From the NCBI GenBank assembly GCA_025594325.1, contig JANHCV010000008.1:62001-126000 (forward strand): 64,000 bases of DNA. Direction: 5' to 3'. Of the stretch, positions 45,244-55,962 are shown piece by piece; the first letter of the stretch is position 1; every line of letters begins with the position of its first letter. The notes below the pieces were generated by a model, which saw nothing but the letters and a program-made list of their open reading frames with translations, was not told the origin of the DNA and made no database searches. Source of the DNA: Blastocladiella emersonii ATCC 22665. Taxonomy: Eukaryota; Fungi; Blastocladiomycota. The position numbers were made by a program, and so were the translations under genes.

Positions 45244-47302
45244 ATGGTTTCGACCCGCGACGAGCGCCCCGACCTGGTCATGGGCGGCTACCGCGGCGCC
45301 CCTGCTCCCGCTGTCGACACGGACGCGCCCATCGACACGACGGGCCCGGCGTGCGGCGACGCGTACTACGGCCCGTACCTCAAGTTCCTCGGCACCGACG
45401 TCGCCACCTCCACGGCGCGCTACTCGGTGCTCGTCGTCGCCAAGCCCGACTGCACCGCCCCGCCCGCCGTCCGCGTGTACGCCGCGACGCTGCCCGCGAC
45501 GCCCGACTTGGCGCCGCGCGTCGTCGACGCGCCCGTCCTGCTCGACACCTTCGCCGACCACCGGTTCTGGCGCACCGAGCTCGCCGTGCCCATGCCCGCC
45601 GGGTTTGGCGGGGTCGAGATCCGCTACGCGGTCCCCGGCACGCGCAGCCGCTCGGGCGAGTACGCGTTCCACGTCCCCGGCCAAGACATGCAGTGGAACT
45701 GGGCGTTCACGTCGTGCAACGGGTTCTCGTCCGACGTGGCGCGCGGCGTCGAGCACGAGTATAACGGCATTGCCCCGCTGTGGCGCGACGTGCTCCGCAA
45801 GCACGACGAGGTCAAGTACCACGCCATGCTCGGCGGCGGCGACCAGGTCCGTCCTCTTTCTCACTCGCTCGCCTCCCTTCATCCGACCAGCGACTGACTC
45901 CCGAAAACAGGTCTACATGGACGCCGTCTGGGGCCTTCCCGAGCTCCAGCAGTGGCTCGACACCCCCGCCAAGGCCGACAAGGCGACGGCGCCCTTCACG
46001 CGCGGCATGAGCGACGCCGTGCACGGCTTCTACTTCGCCGAGTACCTGCGCCATTTCGCCAAGGACGGCTTCGCCGACGCGCTGGCCTCGATCCCGTCCA
46101 TGTTCGTGTGGGACGACCACGACATTTTCGACGGCTACGGGTCGTACCCGGGCTACCTGCAGTCGTCGCCCGTGTTCCGCGGCATGTTCATTGCCGCGCA
46201 GCGCTTCTACCTCCTGTTCCAGCACCACACCACCCTCGCCCTCGCCCGCGACGACGGGTACCTGGGGGTCGAGCGCGGCGGCCACACGGCGGTCCGCCAG
46301 ATGGGCCAGTACAACGCGGCGCTGCTCATCGACACCCGCACCGAGCGCTCGATTTCGGCGCTCCTGTCGCGCGGCTCGTGGGCGCTCATCGAGGACGCCC
46401 TGCGCACGCAGCTCGCGCCCACCACGCGCCACCTGTTCGTGTGCGCGACGGTGCCCATGGTGTACCCGCGCCTGCATGCCGAGTCGGCCATCTCGGTCGC
46501 GGGCATCGCGGCCAACGCCATCGGCAAGCTGGCCGGCAACGCGCCTTGGTTCGCGTCCCTGAAAAAGACGGGCGCGTTCAAGACCATCGTCAACTCGCTC
46601 GGCGAGCCCGAGCTGCTCGACGACCTCAACGACCACTGGACGTCGCCCAACCACGTCGCCGAGCGCAACGCCGCGCTCGCCATGCTGCTGCGCGTCGCGC
46701 GCGACCGCGCCAACCTGCGCGTCACCCTCGTCTCGGGCGACGTGCACTGCGGCGGCGCCGGCCACATCTTCCCGTCGTCGGTCCCCGCCGACCGCTGGCT
46801 CAACCACCCGGCGCACATGACGCAGATCATCTCGTCGGCCATCGGCAACCTGCCGCCGCCCGGCATTGTGATCCGCGCGCTCCACGCCGTCGCCGAGCCG
46901 CTCCCCGTCTCGGGCGCCGCGACCGCAGCCGACGCCGAGGATTTGGGCGACGAGCTCATCGAGGCCATGCTCGCGCCGTTCGACGTCGACGCCGGTAAGC
47001 CCGCGCAGCCGCTCCCCGCCGACCAGCGCGCGCTCATGGGCCGCCGGAACTGGTGCAGCGTGGAGCCGCGCGGCGTCATGGCGGGCACCGTCACGTTCGA
47101 GATCCGCGTCGAGATCAACAAGGGCGACCCGACCGGGACCACGCACGCGTACGCGGTGCCCGTCATGCCCAAGCTCACGGACGACGAGTTTGACGCGGTC
47201 AAGGACTACCTTGGCATGATGCACGCGACGACGGTGGAGACGTCCGCGGGTATGGTCGAGGTCGCTGAGATGGGCGGTGCGCGTCCGCTCGTCGGCATGT
47301 AA
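45244..47302 (+). CDS. PhoD-like metallophosphatase family protein (fungal type); exons 45244..45846 and 45911..47302; 664 aa
   Basis: GGGDQVY.D, WDDHDIFDGYGSY, DTRTER, DDL.DHW, SGDVH.GG.G, QIISSAI.N. TATA-like CTATATAAG at about 45146. Confidence 0.85.
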
Positions 47303-47350
47303 CTGTACCGGGAGCCGGGTTTTGAATACACACATTGCAGTCTACATTAT

Positions 47351-48541
47351 CTACCCCCTCGCCTTCTCCGCGCTGCTCGTGTGCGACACCACAGCCATCG
47401 ACCCCTGCGCGCCGACGCCCGACCGCCCCGGATCCCCTCCCCCATCCCCCGCAACCGTATCCTCAAAATGCATGACCGCGCGCTCGCGCCCGCCACGACT
47501 GCCCAACGCCGCCCTCGTCCGCACGATGCGCCGGAACTGCGCTTCCAGCAAAATCCCCACGCAGAAGATCAGGCTCGCGACGCTCGCCCGCAGGATGATC
47601 GACATGTACGCGCCCGCGGTCCCGAGGAACACGAGCGTGACCGCCCACCCGCCGACGTAGATGGCCGTCAGCAGGGAGTAGGTTTGCCGGATCGACGAGA
47701 GCAGGTGTTGCCGCTGGTGCGACGCGCTGCCGCGGCGCGCGGCGGCTTCTTCGATGCCGGCGGCGCCGCCGGCGCCGGGTTGGGTGTGTGAGGAAGAAGA
47801 GGTCGCGGAGCGCGGGAGCGTCGTGGAGCCGGCGCGGAGCACGTTGGCGACGGACGAGGACAGACGCGCATTGAGCCCGAGGCGCAAGCGCGACGACGAC
47901 GACGCGGCGGTCGAGGTGTTGCTGAAGGCGGTCCCGTACGCGTGGACGGTGCACGCGACGCCCCAGACGGCCTGGACGGCGTTGAGCACGAGCAGGATCC
48001 CCGGCAGCTCGTAGTTGACCCAGTCGAGGTCCGCCCTTGCCGCGTCATCGATCTGGTTGGACGCGATGATGTAGTTGACGGGCACCATGGCCACGGACAT
48101 GGTGACAGTGACGGGCGTGATGACGGCGTGGAACCTTGTGCGCTTGATGCAGATGGACGTGACGCGCTTGAGCATGGCCAGGTTGCTGAAGCTCGCCAGC
48201 AGGGAGGCTTGGATGCACGCCAGCGTCGTCAGGTCCGGGTAGTAGTTGCGGATCACGGGGAACGCGGGCTGCGCGAGCGCGTGCAGGTTCGCAGCGCACC
48301 ACGAGAACGCGGCGATCGAGCTCAGCGACATCACGTACGGCGCGTAGTCAAAGGTGCGGCATGTGCATGACCGTGAAGGGCGTAATCGGCTGCTGGTGTT
48401 GGATGATGGGGCTCGGACGTGGAGCAGGTAGATCTCGGCAAAGCTCACGCCCAGGCACGCCACGCACGCCACGGTCCCGAGCACCGTCAGGCTCACGAAC
48501 AGCGGGATCTCGGCCGGCGGCAGGTGGTAGTCTTTCATCAA
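47351..48541 (-). CDS. 7TM GPCR-like membrane protein, group A
   Basis: YHLPPAEIPL, FDYAP, KRVTSICIKRT, AYGTAF, LLSSIRQTY, EAQFRRIVRTR, RAVMHFED. Confidence 0.82.
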   Translation of the reverse strand: MMKDYHLPPAEIPLFVSLTVLGTVACVACLGVSFAEIYLLHVRAPSSNTSSRLRPSRSCTCRTFDYAPYVMSLSSIAAFSWCAANLHALAQPAFPVIRNYYPDLTTLACIQASLLASFSNLAMLKRVTSICIKRTRFHAVITPVTVTMSVAMVPVNYIIASNQIDDAARADLDWVNYELPGILLVLNAVQAVWGVACTVHAYGTAFSNTSTAASSSSRLRLGLNARLSSSVANVLRAGSTTLPRSATSSSSHTQPGAGGAAGIEEAAARRGSASHQRQHLLSSIRQTYSLLTAIYVGGWAVTLVFLGTAGAYMSIILRASVASLIFCVGILLEAQFRRIVRTRAALGSRGGRERAVMHFEDTVAGDGGGDPGRSGVGAQGSMAVVSHTSSAEKARG

Positions 48542-48900
48542 TGATCAGTGTGCATGATGTGCTTGCATGGCAGGGCGGGGGCCACACGAGTATCAGTCAG
48601 GTGCAGTGTGTCCCGGCGATCCGAGCTGACCGCTGACCGAACCATGAGCGACCGATCGGTGGCACAAGGACGGAGACGTGCGCGAAAATGTTCGCAGCCG
48701 CGGCGCCACGCGCGACCGCGACGCGTCTCGCACCCGGCACGTGCGGATGTCTCGCGCGCTGCACGTGACGCCGCGGCGACGCGTCCAGCCGTCCGTCCGC
48801 TCGATCGACGTACGCATCGCGTCAGCTAAGTAGAACAGCGCATCTACAAAGAAACGCTTCAAACGCCGCCACCCCATGCATCCGTCCTACATGAAGCACC

Positions 48901-50355
48901 ATGGGCGGCTACGTCCTCCCCGACCATGAAATTCTGCCGTACAAGATCTTGACCGTGCTGTCGCTGGTCTTCAGCCTCGCCAGCCTCGTCCTGTGCGTCC
49001 GCGATGCCCTCGGCAAGGTCGAGGCGCCACCCGCTGTCGCCGCGAAACCGGTGCCGCGCATCGAACCTCCGCCGCCGCCATCCGCTCGCGGCGGGACGCT
49101 GGCGCCGCTGCAGCCCGGCCATGACCCGTCGCCGCCGCCGCCCGACGATCGGGCCGCGCCCGAGACGCTGCAGCGTCCGCGCGCCAAGACGGCGTTCATG
49201 CGCCGCTCGTCGTCCGCGCACTACAACGTGGGCGGCGGCGCGTCCACTGCCGCGTCGTCCGTGCGCCGCCGAAACCGGCTCCGCGCGCTCCGCGCGCTCC
49301 GCACGGCGCTGCGCACGATCCTCGCCAACTGCGCGGACCCGCGGTGGCTCGCGCTGCTGTTCACGGCGCTCATGTCGCTCGCGCAGGCGTGCGCCGACAC
49401 GTGGCAGGCGTACCTTCGGCCCGGCGAGTTCCCGTACGTCGAAATGTACCCGGGGTACCTCGCGGTCCACTCGATCCCGATCTCGTTCATTGGGTCGACG
49501 TGCCACGTCATGATGACGGCAAGGGTCACCGAGATCTGCTTCAAGGACGCGCTGCGCGCACGGCGAACCATGTGGCTCCTCGCGACCGCCGTCGGGATCG
49601 TGTTCCCCGGACTCAACCTCGGGTTCGGGTTGCCCGTCGCGCTCGCGTGCGAGGACGCGGGGACGTGGCAGACGTGGACGATCCCGAGGTGGTTGATTCT
49701 GACCAACGGCGTCCTGCCGTGCATGGGTATCGCGTTCACCGTCTACACGTACCGCGTCGCGTTCCCGCCCGACGCCGCGCCCAGCAGCAGCAGGCGCGAC
49801 TCGACAAGGCGCGGGCTGCTGCGATTCTGGAAGCGACGCGCTGACAACAAGGCGGGAATGCCGACCACTGCGGCTTCGGCCTCGGCCGCGCACCTCACCG
49901 CGTCCACGTCCATGTCGCCCATCGCGACCCTGACGTCGTCGCCGTCGTCCAAGTCGATCCGCCCTTCAACCACCACCTCACCTCCCTCACCCAAACCCAA
50001 GCCCCGGAAACGCCGCAACCTGCTGCGCACGTCGATCCGCAACAGCTTCCGCCTGCATACGGCCGTCTACGTGGCGGCGTGGGTCGCGGGCATGGCGATC
50101 CTGGCCGCCGCCGAGCTCGTCACGCCCGTCCTCCGCGCGCCCGCGTTCGGGATCATCGGCGTCGTCGCCATCTCCGTCGAGTCGCAGTTCAAGTTTCTGG
50201 TGCGCGCGCAGGCCAAGGCCAGAAGGAGGGCGGCGCATACGGGCGAGGATTACTTTGATGATGAGTACGAGTCGGAGGAGGGGGGAGAGTCGACGGGGAA
50301 TACCGTCGGGTCGTCGTTCGCCGCGTCGGCCGCGTCCGCGGCGTCGGTTGGATAG
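48901..50355 (+). CDS. 7TM GPCR-like membrane protein, group A (divergent)
   Basis: GYVLPDHEI, FPYVEMYP, RVTEICFK, YRVAF, TSIRNSFRL, ESQFKFLVRAQ. Confidence 0.75.
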   Translation: MGGYVLPDHEILPYKILTVLSLVFSLASLVLCVRDALGKVEAPPAVAAKPVPRIEPPPPPSARGGTLAPLQPGHDPSPPPPDDRAAPETLQRPRAKTAFMRRSSSAHYNVGGGASTAASSVRRRNRLRALRALRTALRTILANCADPRWLALLFTALMSLAQACADTWQAYLRPGEFPYVEMYPGYLAVHSIPISFIGSTCHVMMTARVTEICFKDALRARRTMWLLATAVGIVFPGLNLGFGLPVALACEDAGTWQTWTIPRWLILTNGVLPCMGIAFTVYTYRVAFPPDAAPSSSRRDSTRRGLLRFWKRRADNKAGMPTTAASASAAHLTASTSMSPIATLTSSPSSKSIRPSTTTSPPSPKPKPRKRRNLLRTSIRNSFRLHTAVYVAAWVAGMAILAAAELVTPVLRAPAFGIIGVVAISVESQFKFLVRAQAKARRRAAHTGEDYFDDEYESEEGGESTGNTVGSSFAASAASAASVG

Positions 50356-50561
50356 CAATACATACCGGGCTTGCGCGTCAAATATATAGGCCGAGACCTG
50401 GGTGTGGGTGGTGTGTGCGAGAGCCGGCGGGCGCTGCGCTGACCACATCCGCTCCTGCGGGAAAGAACATGCGAGCGGCACGATGGTGCAGGAGCAACTA
50501 GCAAACGCGCTGTATATTAGGTCTCGGCCGCTCCGCTACGACACTCCTCGGCTGTCAGAGC

Positions 50562-50760
50562 GGATGCACGACCTGCACACGCAACCTTTGGCATTGCGTC
50601 GCGCAACATCGACTCGAAAGCTCAAGGGTGCGGCGATGGTGGAGAAAGCGCGAGTCACCACACGTCAGGCATGGAACGCAAACCTTGCCTCCGCCGCACT
50701 TGGACTACGTCGAGCAGGCGCGTAAATGAGAAGCCGGCGCGTGTGCAGAGTCGTCGATCC
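50562..50760. repeat. Hairpin repeat R1, copy a (about 22-bp imperfect inverted arms)
   Basis: GGATGCACGACCTGCACACGC ... GCGTGTGCAGAGTCGTCGATCC. The core is homologous to the copies at 52238 and 53031. Confidence 0.7.
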
Positions 50761-51290
50761 GAAACGTTGTGCCCACGAGCGTCGCATTAAACGAGAATTT
50801 TGAAGCGAAGGAGCGAGAGAATGCTGCCGAAACCAGGCCTTGTCGAGCCGGTACTTGAGGAAGTCGAACGCGGTTGTCATGTCGCCCGTGATCAGCGAAG
50901 GTCGACAACCTTATGCAGCTGTTGCGGCTCGCCAAGTCTTGCGTCACATCGTCTGCCCAACTGCCCAAGTGCGAGCGGGCGCGTCGACCGGACAAAATCG
51001 TCACAAACCCAATCGAGCCGTCTCAGTGCCTTGACACAGCGGCCATACACCCGAAAAAGGTTCCCTAAGCAGCTTTGGGGCGACTGCTCAGCTTTGGGGC
51101 GACTGCTCAAATAGCAAAAGCTCGACGTCCATTCGGTGAGACTGGTTTCTGCTGTGTCCGAACGCTTGCTGGGTAGCGTGGGAGAAGCTGAATCGATGAC
51201 CAACCACTATCAATCGTGCGTCAACACGCCCGATCGAATGGGTCAAGACGACGACATACAAGACGAAGAACTGGTTCGAGGGTGGCCGTC

Positions 51291-51835
51291 AAGGAGCAGA
51301 CGATGCGCACACCAGGTGGGCAGCGGAGTCTGCAGCCTGCAGCACGGCGAACGCGAGGGGTTTGCTCGAGACAGAGCTTGGTCCCACGACTTTGAGCACC
51401 GTGCGTGCTGCGGGTAGCGCATACTGTGATGCCCAGGAGCGGCACGATGAGCGGCGCCTCGCCGCTCGTGAAAGTCTTCGGCGCACGGCGGCGCATCATT
51501 CATCGACCAAGGACGCGGTGCTGACGTGGTTGCAACAAGTTAACGGATGATTTTACTCCATGAGATGCATAGCTAAGGGTGGTTGGGGTGCGAGAGTCGG
51601 AGCGCGGCCGCTGCGACGAGTTCGCCGAAGGATCGCGTGAGTGGCGCTGCGCGAAATCTTCTCCTCGCCTTCGCTATGATCCAACCCCCGCCCTGCAACC
51701 GCTTGCAATGCACTCGAATGGACATCGTATCGCGAAAAGTACTTTTTTGCAATGTTGAACGGCTCCTTGGACTTAGAAGAGCTTGGTTGCCGCGTTCTTT
51801 GCGTGGCAACTCGCATCCGCAGGAGCCACCTCCAC
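51291..51835 (-). repeat. Diverged direct repeat R2, copy a (partner at 53665..54200); probable decayed coding sequence
   Basis: Alignable throughout, e.g. GCAGCCTGCAGCAC, TCCATG.GATGCATAGCT and GTGGCGCTGCGCGAAATCTTCTCC in both copies. Confidence 0.7.
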
Positions 51836-52237
51836 GTTCGGGTCAGCGTTTAGTTCAGCGCCGTGTGCAGCCGATTGTGCTTTATTATGTGCTCTAAGCT
51901 TCACCGTCAGGCAGCAGTGCGCTTGATCCCGCACTTTTGCCGCGGTGGTGGCAGCGTGGCACCTGCAACCTCGCCTCGCGCGCGCATCATGCTTGACCTA
52001 CTCAAGCCGGCCCACCGCTCCACGGGGTACATGGGGCCTGCTAGTACCGGCGCGGCGGTGTTTGAGCGGTGGACAGGCGGTCCTAGCTTCCGCCGAGCCC
52101 GTCCGATCCCATCGAGCATCCCCGCGAGCTTAGCGAGAACCCATGTTCAACAACTTCACTCAGTAAGAAACCGCTCGGTGTATTCGAATCCGAAGCATTT
52201 CACTCGTCTCAGAACGGCTTTTCTCGGCATTCTGGGC

Positions 52238-52408
52238 GGATCCACGACTCTGCACACGCGCCCGTTGGCCCTACGCCGCACGTGGGCACGGCGATTGTGG
52301 AGAAAGCGCGAATCAGCACACGACAGACATGGGACGCGACCCTTGCCCCGCCACACCCAGATTGGGCGCTCATGCATGAAGCCGGCGCGTGTGCAGAGCC
52401 ATCGACCC
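52238..52408. repeat. Hairpin repeat R1, copy b
   Basis: GGATCCACGACTCTGCACACGCGCC ... GGCGCGTGTGCAGAGCCATCGACCC. Confidence 0.7.
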
Positions 52409-53030
52409 AGAACGGCATGTCCGTAACAGTCGAAGGAAAAGCCAAGAGTGGTTGAAGAGAATAAGACGTGCTCGTCGGAAGCGGGTGTTTTGTTTGTGGA
52501 CGTGCAAGGTTGTCAAGTAACTGATAGCACGCCGCGGACGGTCGTGGATCATGTCCCGCCAGGTTTTGTCGCTGCAACTTGCCAAAATATGCGACGCTCG
52601 GCCAATACCATCGCCAATAAGCCACAAGCTCGTAAGAGTACTCCAAAGAGGAACATACTGAATCGATTCCGCCTCCGAGAAGAGCAAGGGTACGGCCAGG
52701 CGATCGCGCACCATTCCGCCGTAGAAGATGAAGTTGACTGTACGGCGTACGCGTCGCTCTGCGACAGCCACGTATCACGTTTGTGTTCTGAGACCGACTC
52801 CCCGAAGCAAGGGTTTGCCTCGAGCTTCAAGGGATTTTGACGGCTGAGACCCGAGGGCAGTCGTTATGGCGCGCGGACCGCTACGCGTTGCGCCGACCAC
52901 GTCTGCTTCGTGAGGCGGGAAGCGATTCGGACAGGGAGAACTCGACGATGAAAAAGCGTGCGTGTATGTTCGAAGCGGAATCACTATTTGCTTGCTTGTC
53001 GTATCCGCAATATTCCTTAGGCTGCGCTGA

Positions 53031-53232
53031 GGATCCACGAGCCTGCACACGCGTCCCTTAGAATGGCATCTCGGAACGTCGTCGTGGCAGCGTGCGGGTG
53101 CGGCGATAGTGGGGAAAGCGCGAGTCCCCACGCGTCAGGCATGGAACGCGAACCATGTCACCGCCGCACCCGGACGAGGTTGAGACGAGCGCGCGAGCGA
53201 GGACGCCGACGCGTGTGCAAAGTCGTGGACCC
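53031..53232. repeat. Hairpin repeat R1, copy c
   Basis: GGATCCACGAGCCTGCACACGCGTC ... GACGCGTGTGCAAAGTCGTGGACCC. Confidence 0.7.
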
Positions 53233-53664
53233 GGAGCGTCATGCCCCGGAGCGCCGCGGCAAATGAACGAGTGGTCGCGAGAGGTGCAAGTGTCCGACAA
53301 AAGAAGCTGGCTTGTTCTTGGATGTACCGTGTAGTCTGCGAGGAGCCGTTACGCAAATCGCGGTAGAAGTGGAGAAAACGCTTGATCTAGCTGTCGCGGC
53401 CCTTAGAATTGGCTCAAAAGTCGTGCTCGCAAATGGATGAGCGCAGTGAGTGACGTGTACGCCTCGCTTGAAGTGGTTCAGCGATTGGTGCATAAGGCGC
53501 TCGCCACTGGTCATAGCAGTGTGGGTGGTGCTTCCCGATTATTGATATGCCGCGTGCAACAAGCTGAATCGAGCACCGCATGCTGCAAAGCGTGCGCAAA
53601 CTCCACTCTCGCTTTTTCCAAGGCGTTGATACGCGAGAGAAAGGAGCGGTATTGGGGTGGCGAT

Positions 53665-54200
53665 GAAGGAGCGGACAACGCGCACCCCGGTAGGGCAGCG
53701 CAGTCCGCAGCCTGCAGCACAGCAAACGGTCACATTAACGCAAGATGCAGATCGGCCGGAAGAGTTCGAGCAGTGCGGGCGCTGCGGGTATGGCATACTG
53801 AGATGTCATAGCGGGGCGCGATGAGAGGCGCCTCGTTGGTTGAAAAGGTCTGCGGCGCACGATGTTGTGCCGTTCATCGACTGGAGGCGCGATGCCAACA
53901 TAGTTGCAGCAAGTTAGCGGGAGGTTCTATTCCATGGGATGCATAGCTTAGGGTTGCTGGGGAGCGAGATAGGGAACGCGGCGGCGGCAACAAGTTTGCC
54001 GCTGGGTCGCGTGTGTGGCGCTGCGCGAAATCTTCTCCACGCCCTCGCGACGCTTCTGCACCCTCTCTGCAACCACTTCCAATGTACTCGAATGAACTCT
54101 GAACGCCGAATCGGACTTTCTGCAATGTTAAACGGGTCCCTGGGCTTCGGAGGCTTCGGTTGCTGGTGCCTCGTGGGACAACTCGCCTGCGGACGCCGCC
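53665..54200 (-). repeat. Diverged direct repeat R2, copy b
   Basis: Homologous to 51291..51835. Confidence 0.7.
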
Positions 54201-54426
54201 AGGCCACGAAAAGCGACGCGAACAGCCCGGTACACTTGATGATGTGCTCTACACTAAATGATTCTACAGAGCCCGACGTGCTTGATCCAACAACTCACGA
54301 TGACGTTACCTGGCGCCTGCGAGCTTCCCGCGCTCGCGTCGACTTGGCCTTGAGGGGTTACCGCTTCTTCTCAAGGAAGCTGACGCACGATCTGGTTTCC
54401 TCTGAGAACGAGAGTCATTTATGGTA

Positions 54427-55614
54427 TCAGGGGAGCTGAACCTCGTGTATTTCCACCTCATCGTCCTCAGTCGCATCCATCCCGCCCGTATTCTGCACGA
54501 CCACCGCTCCCTCCGCGGCATATTTGGGCGGGGCCACGCTGACCGTGCCCGCGACCGTATCCTCGAAATGCATGACCGCGCGCTTATCGATCCGCTTCTG
54601 CTTCTTGACGCGCGACCGAATGATGCGGCGGAACTGCATCTCGTGCAAGCTGCCCGCACACGCGACGATCGAGGTCAGCGACCAACGCGGCCCGATCGAC
54701 ATGTACGCCCCGGCCGCACCGAACAGCGCCATGGCCAACGTCCAGCACACCACGTACGAGAGCGTGAGCGTCTTGTACGTCTGCTTGACCGACGAGAGCA
54801 GGTGCTGCGTCTTCTCCTCCTTGCGCGGTGGAAGTTTGGGCAGTGCGGGGGTAGAGGATGAGGTGGTCGAGACGGAGCGGACGAAGCTGAGGCTCGCCAC
54901 GGTGTCGGTCACGCGCGAGCTGATCCCGCGCGAGTCGCGCGGTTCGCGCCGTTCGGCCGAAGGCGTGTAGAAGGCAAAGAAGTAGGCCACGATGTTGCAC
55001 CCGATGCCCCAGATACCCTGCAGCGCGTTGAGCAGCAGCAGTGCGTGGCCAATGTCGTACGTGGCCCACGGACCGCCCGCGCGTCCGACCTCCTCGACAT
55101 GATAATAGCCGACGGTCATGTTGACGGGGATCATGATCACTGCGAACGTGATTGTGACGGGCGCAATGATGCGGTACAGCAGGCTGGTGCGTTTGAGGCA
55201 CACGGACTGGACACGGCGCATCACGATCAGGTTGCTTGCCCCGCCCGCGATTGACGGCTGCACGAGGCCGACGTACGCCGTGACGGGGTAGTAGTCGAGG
55301 ATGACGGGAAACGACGGCTCAAAGAGCGAGTGGACGTTGGTCGCGGCCAGCGCAACCGACGAGGCCGAGGTCACGGCCATGAGGTACGGGACGTAGTCGA
55401 ACCCGACGCGAGATGATCGCCGTCTCGATCGCCGCCGCTTCACTGAGTCGTGGTTTGGGTGCTCCGCGGCGGATCCGCTTTGGAAGTGACTGCGGAGCTG
55501 GGCCACGACCTCGGACCCGCTGATGAGCAAGCACACGAGCGAGATGACCGCGTTGGCCACGACGAGCGCGATGTGCAGCGGGACTTCATCCGTCGGAATG
55601 ATGTAAGAATTCAT
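54427..55614 (-). CDS. 7TM GPCR-like membrane protein, group A
   Basis: MNSYIIPTDEVPL, FDYVP, RRVQSVCLKRT, LLSSVKQTY, EMQFRRIIRSR, RAVMHFED. Likely start is ATG 55614. Confidence 0.82.
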   Translation of the reverse strand: MNSYIIPTDEVPLHIALVVANAVISLVCLLISGSEVVAQLRSHFQSGSAAEHPNHDSVKRRRSRRRSSRVGFDYVPYLMAVTSASSVALAATNVHSLFEPSFPVILDYYPVTAYVGLVQPSIAGGASNLIVMRRVQSVCLKRTSLLYRIIAPVTITFAVIMIPVNMTVGYYHVEEVGRAGGPWATYDIGHALLLLNALQGIWGIGCNIVAYFFAFYTPSAERREPRDSRGISSRVTDTVASLSFVRSVSTTSSSTPALPKLPPRKEEKTQHLLSSVKQTYKTLTLSYVVCWTLAMALFGAAGAYMSIGPRWSLTSIVACAGSLHEMQFRRIIRSRVKKQKRIDKRAVMHFEDTVAGTVSVAPPKYAAEGAVVVQNTGGMDATEDDEVEIHEVQLP

Positions 55615-55962
55615 GGTTTGCGCTGCATGGTCGGTTGCGGGAGGAGAGCCAGGCAAGGCCACAACTATTCCGAGAACCAGATGATCCCGATCCGAGGCGG
55701 AGACACAAGTGTCTCGCACCCGGAGCCGAGGTGCGAACACGCGTCTCGCACCTCCCACGTGATATCGAAGCGAGCTGGGACTCGGCCGTGTTCGCGCTGC
55801 TCCGACTTGCTTTTGTCAGGCCGGTTACGATCGGAAACGCTCGCGCTCAATTTCGAGAACATATGTATTATACTGAAAGAACAAAATCCACCTTGTTGGT
55901 GGTAGCCGCACACGTACGGTCAAACGGATCCGAGCGGCATTCGAGACTGGCAAAACCTTGCG

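Noticed and set aside
51070-51109. Perfect 19-bp tandem duplication (CAGCTTTGGGGCGACTGCT x2)
   Set aside because: An ordinary slippage event in decayed DNA.
50562-53232. R1 units as independent MITE insertions or a CRISPR-like array
   Set aside because: There are no TSDs, homology extends into the flanks, the spacing is irregular, and there are no cas genes in this eukaryotic DNA.
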